A DNA stretch of 64,000 nt from an uncultured Anaerolineales bacterium (GTDB lineage: Bacteria; Chloroflexota; Anaerolineae; B4-G1), in the NCBI GenBank assembly GCA_964390305.1, contig CAYMHT010000001.1:41-64040 (forward strand). The letters are read 5' to 3'. Every line of letters starts with the position of its first letter. Within the stretch, counting starts at the first letter, position 1. The notes beneath the pieces were generated by a model. It saw only the letters and a program-made list of their open reading frames with translations. It did not search any database and was not told the origin of the DNA. Of the stretch, positions 37,665 through 46,033 are shown in pieces. Both the position numbers and the translations under genes were made by a program.

Positions 37665-37990
37665 GTGACCGCACCTGGGAGAAGTGGCCCATGAAGACAG
37701 AGATCATCGAAGGCGATCCGATCCGCGTGGGGGGACGCGAGCTGGCGCTCTTCGTGCGGGTGATGCGTCACACGCGGCGGCGGGCTCGGGTCGGCAACGA
37801 AGGCGTCGCGGGCGAGGGTCTGGGGGTCGTGCACATGAGCCCGGTCGCGGTTGTAGATCGGAGTGCCAGTGATGGGCGACGTCTCCCTGTTCGTGACCGG
37901 ACGACGGAGTCAATTAAGTGGCTGTTGCTGGTAGCCCTTATCGTCCCATGTCTCGCATCGATGCTAATCCACCTCTCACGCAGATCTTGA
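37661..37990 (+). CDS. Hypothetical small protein (109 aa) with a C-terminal hydrophobic helix, translationally coupled to the CCA gene
   Basis: The ATG overlaps the CCA stop (ATGA) and is preceded by GAGGAGG. Third-codon positions are high in GC. C-terminal helix WLLLVALIVPCLASMLIHL. Confidence 0.4.
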   Translation: MSDRTWEKWPMKTEIIEGDPIRVGGRELALFVRVMRHTRRRARVGNEGVAGEGLGVVHMSPVAVVDRSASDGRRLPVRDRTTESIKWLLLVALIVPCLASMLIHLSRRS

Positions 37991-38016
37991 TGCAGCAGCC
38001 CACCCGACGGCTTAGC

Positions 38017-38044
38017 TTGACAACCACCTGGGGGTGGTTATAAT
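38017..38044 (+). promoter_or_regulatory. rpsU promoter: TTGACA, 16 nt, TATAAT, with a palindromic spacer CCACCTGGGGGTGG
   Basis: Hexamers at 38017-22 and 38039-44; the inverted repeat lies inside the spacer. Confidence 0.55.
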
Positions 38045-38079
38045 CAACGTGTCTGAGGTTGGTTTCAAGGAGAGAATGA

Positions 38080-38286
38080 ATGACCAAGGTGGAACTAAGA
38101 AACGGTGAATCTTTCGAGTCTCTGCTGAAGCGCTTCAACAAGCAGGTTCACAGCGACCGTGTGTTGTGGGAAGCACGTCGCCGGCGCTTCTTCGAGAAGC
38201 CAAGTGTCGTCCGAAAACGCAAACGGGCGGCTAAACTGCGCAAGAGCCGGCAGCAGACCCTCAAAGATCAGCAGGGCGCGTTCTAG
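38080..38286 (+). CDS. rpsU: 30S ribosomal protein S21
   Basis: 68-aa basic protein MTKVELRNGESFESLLKRFNKQV...RRRFFEKPSVVRKRKRA matches the S21 family. Confidence 0.9.
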   Translation: MTKVELRNGESFESLLKRFNKQVHSDRVLWEARRRRFFEKPSVVRKRKRAAKLRKSRQQTLKDQQGAF

Positions 38287-38289
38287 AAG

Positions 38290-38757
38290 GTGATGGATCT
38301 GAAGCAACGGTTGCAGCACGACCTCAAGGAAGCACTCCGGGCGGGTGACGAGCGGCGGAAGAGCGTCATTCGTATGGCCTTAGCCGCAATCACCAACGCC
38401 GAGATCAAGAAGGGCAGGCAATCAGGCGAAGCCGAACTCGATGAGGATGAGCTCATCGCCGTGCTGCAGAAGCAAGCGAAGCGGCGGCGGGAGACCATTG
38501 ATGAGCTAGAGGAGCTGGATCGGCCTGATCTCCTCGCTGCTGAGAGGGAAGAACTCGCCATCCTGGAGGAATACCTGCCGGAGCAACTTTCGCGCGAAGA
38601 GATTGCTGAAGAGGCTCGTCAAGTTATCAGGGAGGTCGGAGCAACGGGGATGAAGGATATGGGCCCGGTGATGGGCCGGCTGATGTCCAGACTAAAGGGA
38701 CGAGCTGACGGTCATACTGTAAGCGACGTTGTACGCGACTTGTTGACCAGCCAGTAG
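38290..38757 (+). CDS. GatB/YqeY domain protein
   Basis: YqeY family pattern (LKQRLQHDLKEALRAGDERRKSVIRMALAAI) and the typical position directly after rpsU. Confidence 0.85.
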   Translation: MMDLKQRLQHDLKEALRAGDERRKSVIRMALAAITNAEIKKGRQSGEAELDEDELIAVLQKQAKRRRETIDELEELDRPDLLAAEREELAILEEYLPEQLSREEIAEEARQVIREVGATGMKDMGPVMGRLMSRLKGRADGHTVSDVVRDLLTSQ

Positions 38758-38831
38758 GCACTCACCAGCTGGCGAGTGATACGACCGTAACGAGAGGGAG
38801 CGCCCTGGGTGCTCCCTTTTGTTGGTACCCT

Positions 38832-40991
38832 ATGAGTGTGAACGAGTTCGGGAGCAATAACGAGAACGGAATCGAGAGTCGACCAGGCGCCAACGGTCGG
38901 CGCCGTTGGTGGGCCTGGGTGCGTCTCATCCTGCTGGGCCTGGCACTGACAACCGTGACCGCCCTGGTGATGGTTCAACCCTTATTACCCACCGGGCAGG
39001 TAATGCTCGAAGAGGGCGATGTCGCTGCCGAGACGATTCGGGCGCCCTATTCTCTCACGTACGACAGCAGGATTCGCCGGGAGGAAGAACGGGAGAGGGC
39101 CGCCTCCAGAGTCAGGCCCGTCTACTCCTCGCCAGAGGGAGACCTGGCTCGCCAGCAGGTTGAGCGAGCTCGTGAAGTCCTTGACTATCTGGGATCGGTC
39201 CGGGCTGACTCGCTGGCGTCGACGGCTCAGAAGCGCGCCTGGGTCCTGGCAGTGCCCGAGTTGTCTGGTCTGAGCTCTGAGACGGTTGACAGTCTGCTCG
39301 CTCTGCCCGACGAGAGCTGGGATCCGGTTCAGCTGGAGACGCTCGCTGTGATTGGGCAGGTGATGCGACAGGAAATCCGCGAGGGCGAGGTCACCGAAGC
39401 GCGGAACGGAGTCCCCAGGATGATCGGTCTCGATCTCTCCGATAGGGAGGCCGCCGTGGTCACCGCGCTCACACAGTCCTTCATCATTCCCAACTCGTTC
39501 CTCGACCACGCAGCCACGGCCGAGGCGCAGACTGAAGCCCGCGAGGCAGTTGGCCCCGTCACTCGTCGTTTTGAAGAAGGCCAGGTCATCGTTCGCGAGG
39601 GAGATCCGGTTGCCGCGCTCGATATCGAGGTACTCGATCAGTTTGAACTCCGTCAGCCTCGGGTGAAATGGACCGAGTTCGTTGGCGCCGCTATGCTAGC
39701 CATTCTAGGCGTCGCGTTGCTTTACACTTACCTGGCGCGATTCGATCCCCAGGTCGTGTGGAGCGGACATCAACCTCTTCTTTTCGTTCTGCTGATCACC
39801 TCGTTTGTCCTTGGGTCGGGGCTGATGGTCCCAGCTGGTGGAACCCTGCGCTATCTTGCTCCGGCCCCGGCCTTGGCGATGCTGCTCACCGCCACTTTGG
39901 GTAGACACGCTGGAGCAGCGTCGGCCGTGTTCCTCGGTGCCGTCACCGGTGTCGTCGCCAACAACTCGCTCGACATGGCAATCTACGCCACGGGGGGAGG
40001 GCTGGTCGCCGCCCTCACCCTGGACCGGGTCGAACGTATCGGCGAGATGTTCCGTGCCGGCGCGTTTGTCGCCCTGACACACGTCGCCGTGCTGCTCATA
40101 GGTCATCTCGTCGAGGATGCAGCTCAACCCGCTGAACTGGTGGTATCGGCCCTGGCTGGAATCGTCAACGGAGGTCTGTCCTCAAGTCTGGCGCTCGGTG
40201 CGTTGTTCCTCGTCGGCCCGCTGTTCGATATCGTCACGACGATGCGGCTCATCGAACTGAGCCGGCCGGAACGTCCACTCTTGCAGCGTATGCTGCGTGA
40301 GGCCCCAGCCACGTACCATCACAGCTTGATGGTGGCTAATCTGGCCGAGCAAGCCGCCGAAGGCATCGGAGCTAACGCTCTACTGACTCGGGTGGGTGCC
40401 TACTATCACGATATCGGCAAGATCGCCCGCCCCTACTTCTTCGCTGAGAACCAGGCCGACGGCCTGAACCCACACGATCGATTGGATCCGGAAACGAGTG
40501 CCGAGGTGATCGTAGGACACGTCACTGACGGACTGGAACTAGCACGGCGGTATCACCTGCCTGCACGTGTACGGGCCTTTATCCCAGAGCACCATGGGGA
40601 AAGCCGCGTGGGGTTCCTCTACGATAGGGCAGTGGAATTGGCAGGCGATGAGGAACTTGTAGATGAGGAGCGCTTCCGCTATCCTGGTCGGAAGCCCCAA
40701 AGCAGAGAAACAGCCCTTGTGATGCTGGCTGATGGCTGCGAGGCTGCCGTGCGTGCGGCGCGCCCGGCAACCGGCGAGGAGTTGGAAGAGATAGTTGACC
40801 GCATAGTCGATCAACGTGTTGAAGACGGGCAGCTCAATGAATCTGATTTGTCCCTCCAGGATATCCAAGCCATTAAGGAGGTCTTCACGTCCGCGTTGAA
40901 GGGAACATTCCACCCCAGAATAGAATATCCGGAGACCGAGGGAGAGGATCGTGTTGCTAAGGCAGAAGCCAGCCCGTCTGTTGAGACATGA
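38832..40991 (+). CDS. 7TM-receptor HD-domain phosphohydrolase (HDIG, YqfF/PgpH-like)
   Basis: Extracellular N-domain, 7 TM helices and a C-terminal HD domain (YYHDIGKIARPYFFAENQ ... HHGESRVGF). Confidence 0.85.
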   Translation: MSVNEFGSNNENGIESRPGANGRRRWWAWVRLILLGLALTTVTALVMVQPLLPTGQVMLEEGDVAAETIRAPYSLTYDSRIRREEERERAASRVRPVYSSPEGDLARQQVERAREVLDYLGSVRADSLASTAQKRAWVLAVPELSGLSSETVDSLLALPDESWDPVQLETLAVIGQVMRQEIREGEVTEARNGVPRMIGLDLSDREAAVVTALTQSFIIPNSFLDHAATAEAQTEAREAVGPVTRRFEEGQVIVREGDPVAALDIEVLDQFELRQPRVKWTEFVGAAMLAILGVALLYTYLARFDPQVVWSGHQPLLFVLLITSFVLGSGLMVPAGGTLRYLAPAPALAMLLTATLGRHAGAASAVFLGAVTGVVANNSLDMAIYATGGGLVAALTLDRVERIGEMFRAGAFVALTHVAVLLIGHLVEDAAQPAELVVSALAGIVNGGLSSSLALGALFLVGPLFDIVTTMRLIELSRPERPLLQRMLREAPATYHHSLMVANLAEQAAEGIGANALLTRVGAYYHDIGKIARPYFFAENQADGLNPHDRLDPETSAEVIVGHVTDGLELARRYHLPARVRAFIPEHHGESRVGFLYDRAVELAGDEELVDEERFRYPGRKPQSRETALVMLADGCEAAVRAARPATGEELEEIVDRIVDQRVEDGQLNESDLSLQDIQAIKEVFTSALKGTFHPRIEYPETEGEDRVAKAEASPSVET

Positions 40992-41464
40992 GCTCCCGTA
41001 CCGTGGACGTACAGATTGACGACTGCTACAGGCCAAACGTGAGGCCCAGGGTCTTGCGTGAGGCTGCTGAGGCCACGTTGAACCGAGAGCATGATGAGGA
41101 TGCATATGCTCTAACCGTGGTGGTCACCGGGGATCACGTCCTGCGCGAACTTAACCGCCGCTATCGAGGACTGGACGCGTCTACAGACGTCTTGGCCTTT
41201 CCCAACGAGACAAAAGGCCCGTTCGTTGATGTGCCGGGACTTCCACACTACCTGGGCGACGTCCTTATCTCTTTCCCTCAAGCCAGGGCTCAGGCCCGCG
41301 AGGCGGGGAATGACCTCGTCGCCGAATTGCAGTTGCTGGTCGTCCACGGCGTCCTGCACCTGCTAGGATATGACGATCAAACGGAATCCGAACGCGCCCG
41401 GATGTGGCGGGTTCAGCAGACTGTGCTCGATGAATTAGGCGTCGAGGTGCATCTCACGGGCTGA
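40988..41464 (+). CDS. ybeY: rRNA maturation endoribonuclease YbeY
   Basis: Zinc-binding motif HGVLHLLGYDD; ATGA overlap with the upstream gene. Confidence 0.92.
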   Translation: MSSRTVDVQIDDCYRPNVRPRVLREAAEATLNREHDEDAYALTVVVTGDHVLRELNRRYRGLDASTDVLAFPNETKGPFVDVPGLPHYLGDVLISFPQARAQAREAGNDLVAELQLLVVHGVLHLLGYDDQTESERARMWRVQQTVLDELGVEVHLTG

Positions 41465-41468
41465 GCGT

Positions 41469-41852
41469 ATGCACAACCGAAGCATACTGGACGCCTTCCG
41501 CTTTGCCTTTTCCGGTCTCTGGTACGCGCTACGCACCCAACGCAACATGCGCATCCACCTCCTCATTGCCGCTGCCGTGGCTATCGTGGGAGTATGGTTG
41601 CGGCTCTCAGCTGACCAGTGGGCGACCCTGGCGGCAACATGCGGGCTGGTGCTGGTGAGCGAGATGGTCAACACAGTGGTTGAGCACATGATGGACCTGG
41701 TCTGTCCTGACTACCACCCGTTGGCCAGAACGGTCAAGGACGTGATGGCTGGAGCAGTGACCGTCGCCGCGATGGTAGCTGTCATCGTTGGCCTGTTGAT
41801 CCTCGGCCCACCTCTGTGGAGCAGGCTGACACGCTGGTACGTTGGTCAGTAA
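41469..41852 (+). CDS. dgkA: Diacylglycerol kinase (prokaryotic DgkA family)
   Basis: 127-aa protein with three TM helices and the DgkA motif (SEMVNTVVEHMMDLV). Confidence 0.88.
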   Translation: MHNRSILDAFRFAFSGLWYALRTQRNMRIHLLIAAAVAIVGVWLRLSADQWATLAATCGLVLVSEMVNTVVEHMMDLVCPDYHPLARTVKDVMAGAVTVAAMVAVIVGLLILGPPLWSRLTRWYVGQ

Positions 41853-41928
41853 ATCCCCTGCGCTGGCGACGCAGCTCTCGAGTGTCATCTTTGCTGTGTA
41901 GTAAGAGATTGTTTGGGAGGATCTGTCA

Positions 41929-42402
41929 ATGAGTGCACAGAAGAAAATATACCTCACTCCAGAGGGGAGAGAGGAGTTGCGCGAAGAACTGGATAGGCTG
42001 GTAAGTGTGAAGCGACCCGCTTTGGCTGAGAGGTTGCGCAAGGCAATCGCCCAAGGGGACCTCTCGGAGAATGCCGACTACAAAGCGGCCAAGGAGGAGC
42101 AATCGTTCCTGGAGGGACGTATCCAGGAGATTGAGGCGATGCTACGCAGTGCCGAGATCATCGAGCGGACGGGGAACTCAGAAGAAGTCACTCTAGGAAG
42201 TCGCGTTACTGTGATCGAGGAGGGCGGGAGGAGTCCAGAGGTCTTTCGCATCGTCGGCACCCCCGAAGCAGATCCAGTAGACGGAAAGGTGTCGTACAAA
42301 TCACCCATGGGCAAGGCGCTAATGGGACGCCAAGTCGGCGATGTCGTGACGGTCGAGGCCCCTGGAGGAGAGATTGCATTCCGCATCACCGATATCGATT
42401 GA
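41929..42402 (+). CDS. greA: Transcription elongation factor GreA
   Basis: GreA N-terminal coiled coil (LTPEGREELREELDRL...ENADYKAAKEEQSFLEGRIQEIE) and an FKBP-like C-domain; GGGAGGA RBS. Confidence 0.95.
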   Translation: MSAQKKIYLTPEGREELREELDRLVSVKRPALAERLRKAIAQGDLSENADYKAAKEEQSFLEGRIQEIEAMLRSAEIIERTGNSEEVTLGSRVTVIEEGGRSPEVFRIVGTPEADPVDGKVSYKSPMGKALMGRQVGDVVTVEAPGGEIAFRITDID

Positions 42403-43000
42403 AGACCCGCTTGGTGAGCTCCACACCAAGATGCGGGCCTGCCGCCGGTGTCTGGGCGCGGGTTATTCGGTCACTCCAGGTGCCATATTCTCCGGCCCCG
42501 CGTCGGCTCGCCTGATGATTGTGGGACAGGCGCCGGGCGTGACCGAGTGCGATACCGGAAGGCCGTTCAATGGAGCCTCGGGGCAGCGGCTTTTCGAGTG
42601 GTTGGCCGAGGCTGGGTGGGACGAGTCTACGTTCCGCGCCACCCAGTACATAACCGCGATCACAAAGTGCTACCCGGGGAAGTCCTCCAACGGCAAGGGC
42701 GACCGGGCTCCGACGCGAGAGGAGCAAGCGCTGTGTGCTCCGTACTTGGAGCAAGAACTGGCTTTGGTCCAGCCGGAGATCGTCGTCCCGGTGGGGAGTG
42801 TGGCGGTGCGCCGCTTCGTGGGGCGGGTCAGGTTGACCGACGTCGTCGGTACCGTCATAGAGGGGAGCGAGGGATGGCTGATCGTACCCCTTCCCCATCC
42901 TTCCGGTGTGAGTCTGTGGCTTAACCGGCCCAAGAATCAGGAGCGCGTTGCGCAGGCCCTGGCCCACCTGCAGCGGCTGCACGCGAGGCTGGCTCCGTGA
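42374..43000 (+). CDS. Uracil-DNA glycosylase, family 4 (UdgA-like)
   Basis: Motifs CRRC, GQAPG, PFNGASGQRL and the C-terminal HPSGVS. The TTG start at 42374 follows a GGAGGAG RBS and overlaps the greA 3' end by 29 nt. An alternative start is the ATG at 42431. Confidence 0.8.
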   Translation: MHSASPISIEDPLGELHTKMRACRRCLGAGYSVTPGAIFSGPASARLMIVGQAPGVTECDTGRPFNGASGQRLFEWLAEAGWDESTFRATQYITAITKCYPGKSSNGKGDRAPTREEQALCAPYLEQELALVQPEIVVPVGSVAVRRFVGRVRLTDVVGTVIEGSEGWLIVPLPHPSGVSLWLNRPKNQERVAQALAHLQRLHARLAP

Positions 43001-43036
43001 CGGACACCAGGGGACTCCAAGGCTGTCTCACAGGCC

Positions 43037-45820
43037 TTGATTGAACCTATGAGTCAACCTCCGACTGTCGCCTCAAGGGTCGCCGTCTCCCGGCGGATCC
43101 AGTGGGCTCTTCTGATCCTCGCTGTGGCCGCTTTCGGCTTGCGTTGCCATGACCTGGAGGCCAAGAGCTTGTGGACCGACGAGGGCCTGACAGTGCGCCG
43201 TGCGGAACAACCTCTCAGCCTCCTGTTCAAGAACCAGAATCTCATCCCAGTGGAGCCCAACTACCACGATGGGACGGAAGTGGAGATGGTGGCGACGCCT
43301 GACGTCCACCCACCACTCTACTTCCTGTTCATGCACGTCTGGATACGCGGTGCGGGCCGGAGCGAGTTCGCGCTGCGCTTTCCATCGGTGATGGCAAGTG
43401 TCTTGGCAGTGCCGCTGCTCTTCGCTTTAGGCAGTGCACTCCTGACCAGAGAGACAGGACTCTGGGCGGCCTTACTCGCTGCGTCGTCGCCTTTCTACAT
43501 CTGGCACGCTCAAGAGGCGCGAATGTACGCCTGGGTTGTCCTCCTCAGTGCGGCGTCGGTGTACATGTTCTTGGCACTGCTGAGAGACGCTCCGAGACCT
43601 GGTCACTATCTCGCCTATGCAGCAGCCACATCGGCTCTGGTTTACACTCACTACACAGGTTTTCTGCTTGTCGCTTTCGAGGTGATAATCTACGCAGCCT
43701 ATCAGTTCAAGAAGGGAATGCGACCGGTCTTGGTGGTTATCGCAGTCCTTGCGGTGGCGTCGGTCCCACTCATTCCGTACGTGCGTCGCGTGTTGAGTCT
43801 GTCATTCCACGGGTTCCTCTCGCCCTCGTTGCCAGTCCTGCTGGCGCAGGCCTCGAGCTATTTCAGTCTAGGGGGCAGCGAGTTTCTCGGTTTGCCCTTG
43901 TGGCAGACGGGTCCCTTTGTGGCGCTTTTCGGCATTGGGGCCTTAATGCTGGACGTACCACGTCGCAGACGTGCATGGATGGTCTGCCTGGGTCACCTGG
44001 CGATCCCTATGCTGTTGTTCCATCTTATCTCCTACTTCAAGCCGAACTATATGAACCCCCGACACTTCCTGATCGTCAACCCCGCCTGGGACCTGGTCGT
44101 CGCTCAGGGGCTGATCACGTTGAGGCGACGATTCTGGCCAGGCCTGGCAATTCTGCTCAGCTTGTCCCTGGTGTTCAGAGGCAGAGCCAACTACGAGATC
44201 TTCACCAGTCGCCGCATGTGGAAGGACGACATCCGTGGTGCCGCCCGATATATCGAGGGGCGAGCACGGCCTGGAGACGCTATCGTCCTGCACGATCCTG
44301 TGATCCGTCTCACTTTCGACTACTACTATGATGGCCCGTATCCGGAGGCTGCAATCCCTCGCTATGGCGAGAACGACGAGCAGCAGGCAATCGATAGGTT
44401 TGCGGGATGGGCTCAGCACTATGATCGTATCTGGTTCCTCTACGGTCCGCCACCGACTCACTTCCCGAGAGATCTCTTGCCACAATGGGCCGACGCTAAC
44501 CTGTTCAAGGTCTGCCACCAAGGATTCGAGGCCATGTCGACCTACGTGGCGGTGGCAGCATACGATGACGAGGCTCCCGTCCTCGACGCATTGCCCCTCG
44601 AAGCCGATTCCTGTGATGTTAATTGGGGCTCGCTCCGCTTGGTGGGCTTTCGGGCCAAGGACACCATGGAGGGCAGCAACCACTGGCTTGAGTTCTTTTG
44701 GCAAGCCGACGAGGGACAGCTGGATAGACCCCTCATACTGAAAGCACGCTTGCTCGACAGCGGGGGCACGGTCTGGTACGAACGGCAGGAGGAAGTACTG
44801 CCATTCTATCCCCCTTCGGCCTGGCCCCCTTATCGCACGGTACGCACTGATTTTCGCCTCCCTCTGCCATACGACGTACCGCCCGTCACCTACACCGTGG
44901 AGGTGGTCCCGGTCGGGCTGGGGGACTTCGAGACAGTCGGCCAGATGACCGTGACCGATTCGACCCAGTCTTCCCCTGCCCCTTGCCCAAGCGCACGGTT
45001 CGAGGGCAGCCTGGAATTGCTGGACGGCGAGTTGGGCAGCGACGTATTTCGCGCCGGCCATGTTCTCTTCGGCTCTTTGACGTGGCGAGCCACTGCTCAG
45101 GTCGATAGCGACTATCGCCTTCGTGTTAGCCTCACGAATCTGTGGGGCCGCCAGGTGGCTGTCCGTGAGATGCGGCCAAGTGCGGCTGGGTTCCCCACCA
45201 GCGCATGGATACCAGGTGATCCCGTCGCGGGACGCTTCAGCCTCCGCCTTCCGCCGGACTTGAACAGCGGATTATACCGCGTCGAAATCGGCTTGATCGA
45301 CGAGTCGACTGGGCGTCCCCTCGGCGTTCAACGCTGGTACGGCAAGAAAGAATGGCTTTCTCTTGGGTCTGTCCGCGTAGAGGATTGGCCTCTGATGACG
45401 AATGTGCCGGACGATGTTGATCATCGGCTGGACCAAATCGAGATTGCGGGGAAGGTAAATCTCCGTGGTTATGACCTGGCTCGAGAAGATGATACGCTCA
45501 TGCTCACGCTTTACTGGCAAGCTCAAAGTCCGCTGGAGCGGAGCTACCACGTTTTCGTCCACGTTGGGATGCCCAATCGGCCGCCACTCGCTGATGCAGG
45601 CGGCGTGCCTGCTGAGTGGACACGCCCCACCACGAGTTGGCGACGGGGCGAGGTCATCGTAGATGATTATGCCCTGTCTCTGTCTGACGTGCCGCCTGGT
45701 CGTTATCAGCTCTTCGTCGGCTTTTACGAGCCCGACACTGGACAGCGCCCTGAGACTGTTGTGGACGACACCGTCATCCCCGGCGGCTACGTCCTGTTGG
45801 AGGAGATAGATGTACGGTGA
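43037..45820 (+). CDS. GT39/ArnT-like GT-C glycosyltransferase (927 aa, paralog P7) with three C-terminal repeat modules
   Basis: DE motif (LWTDEGLTV). ArnT/PMT-like loop (HPPLYFLFMHVWIRGAGRSEFALRFPSVMASVLAVPLLFALG). Three ~115-aa repeats, the last canonical (LTLYWQAQSP...YHVFVHVG...GFYEPDTGQRP). Confidence 0.75.
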   Translation: MIEPMSQPPTVASRVAVSRRIQWALLILAVAAFGLRCHDLEAKSLWTDEGLTVRRAEQPLSLLFKNQNLIPVEPNYHDGTEVEMVATPDVHPPLYFLFMHVWIRGAGRSEFALRFPSVMASVLAVPLLFALGSALLTRETGLWAALLAASSPFYIWHAQEARMYAWVVLLSAASVYMFLALLRDAPRPGHYLAYAAATSALVYTHYTGFLLVAFEVIIYAAYQFKKGMRPVLVVIAVLAVASVPLIPYVRRVLSLSFHGFLSPSLPVLLAQASSYFSLGGSEFLGLPLWQTGPFVALFGIGALMLDVPRRRRAWMVCLGHLAIPMLLFHLISYFKPNYMNPRHFLIVNPAWDLVVAQGLITLRRRFWPGLAILLSLSLVFRGRANYEIFTSRRMWKDDIRGAARYIEGRARPGDAIVLHDPVIRLTFDYYYDGPYPEAAIPRYGENDEQQAIDRFAGWAQHYDRIWFLYGPPPTHFPRDLLPQWADANLFKVCHQGFEAMSTYVAVAAYDDEAPVLDALPLEADSCDVNWGSLRLVGFRAKDTMEGSNHWLEFFWQADEGQLDRPLILKARLLDSGGTVWYERQEEVLPFYPPSAWPPYRTVRTDFRLPLPYDVPPVTYTVEVVPVGLGDFETVGQMTVTDSTQSSPAPCPSARFEGSLELLDGELGSDVFRAGHVLFGSLTWRATAQVDSDYRLRVSLTNLWGRQVAVREMRPSAAGFPTSAWIPGDPVAGRFSLRLPPDLNSGLYRVEIGLIDESTGRPLGVQRWYGKKEWLSLGSVRVEDWPLMTNVPDDVDHRLDQIEIAGKVNLRGYDLAREDDTLMLTLYWQAQSPLERSYHVFVHVGMPNRPPLADAGGVPAEWTRPTTSWRRGEVIVDDYALSLSDVPPGRYQLFVGFYEPDTGQRPETVVDDTVIPGGYVLLEEIDVR

Positions 45821-46033
45821 TCGCCCGGCTGGACAATCAGTGAGCGTCGGTCGAGGTCCTGACCCTCTACCAGTTCCTGGCAACGCCCCACGGCCCAGTC
45901 AGCCCCCTCAATCGGTCCTTGCACACCGTCGATAGGCGTGTACAATCTCGACCTGATCACCGTCTACCAGCTCGCAAAGCGAGCCGCGTCTGCTCGAGAG
46001 ACGAACCGCGATGACCAGTGGGATGAGCATCAA

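Noticed and set aside
43943-45061. 372-aa minus-strand ORF inside P7
   Set aside because: It is antisense to the GT-C paralog P7 and has no recognisable domain. GC artefact.
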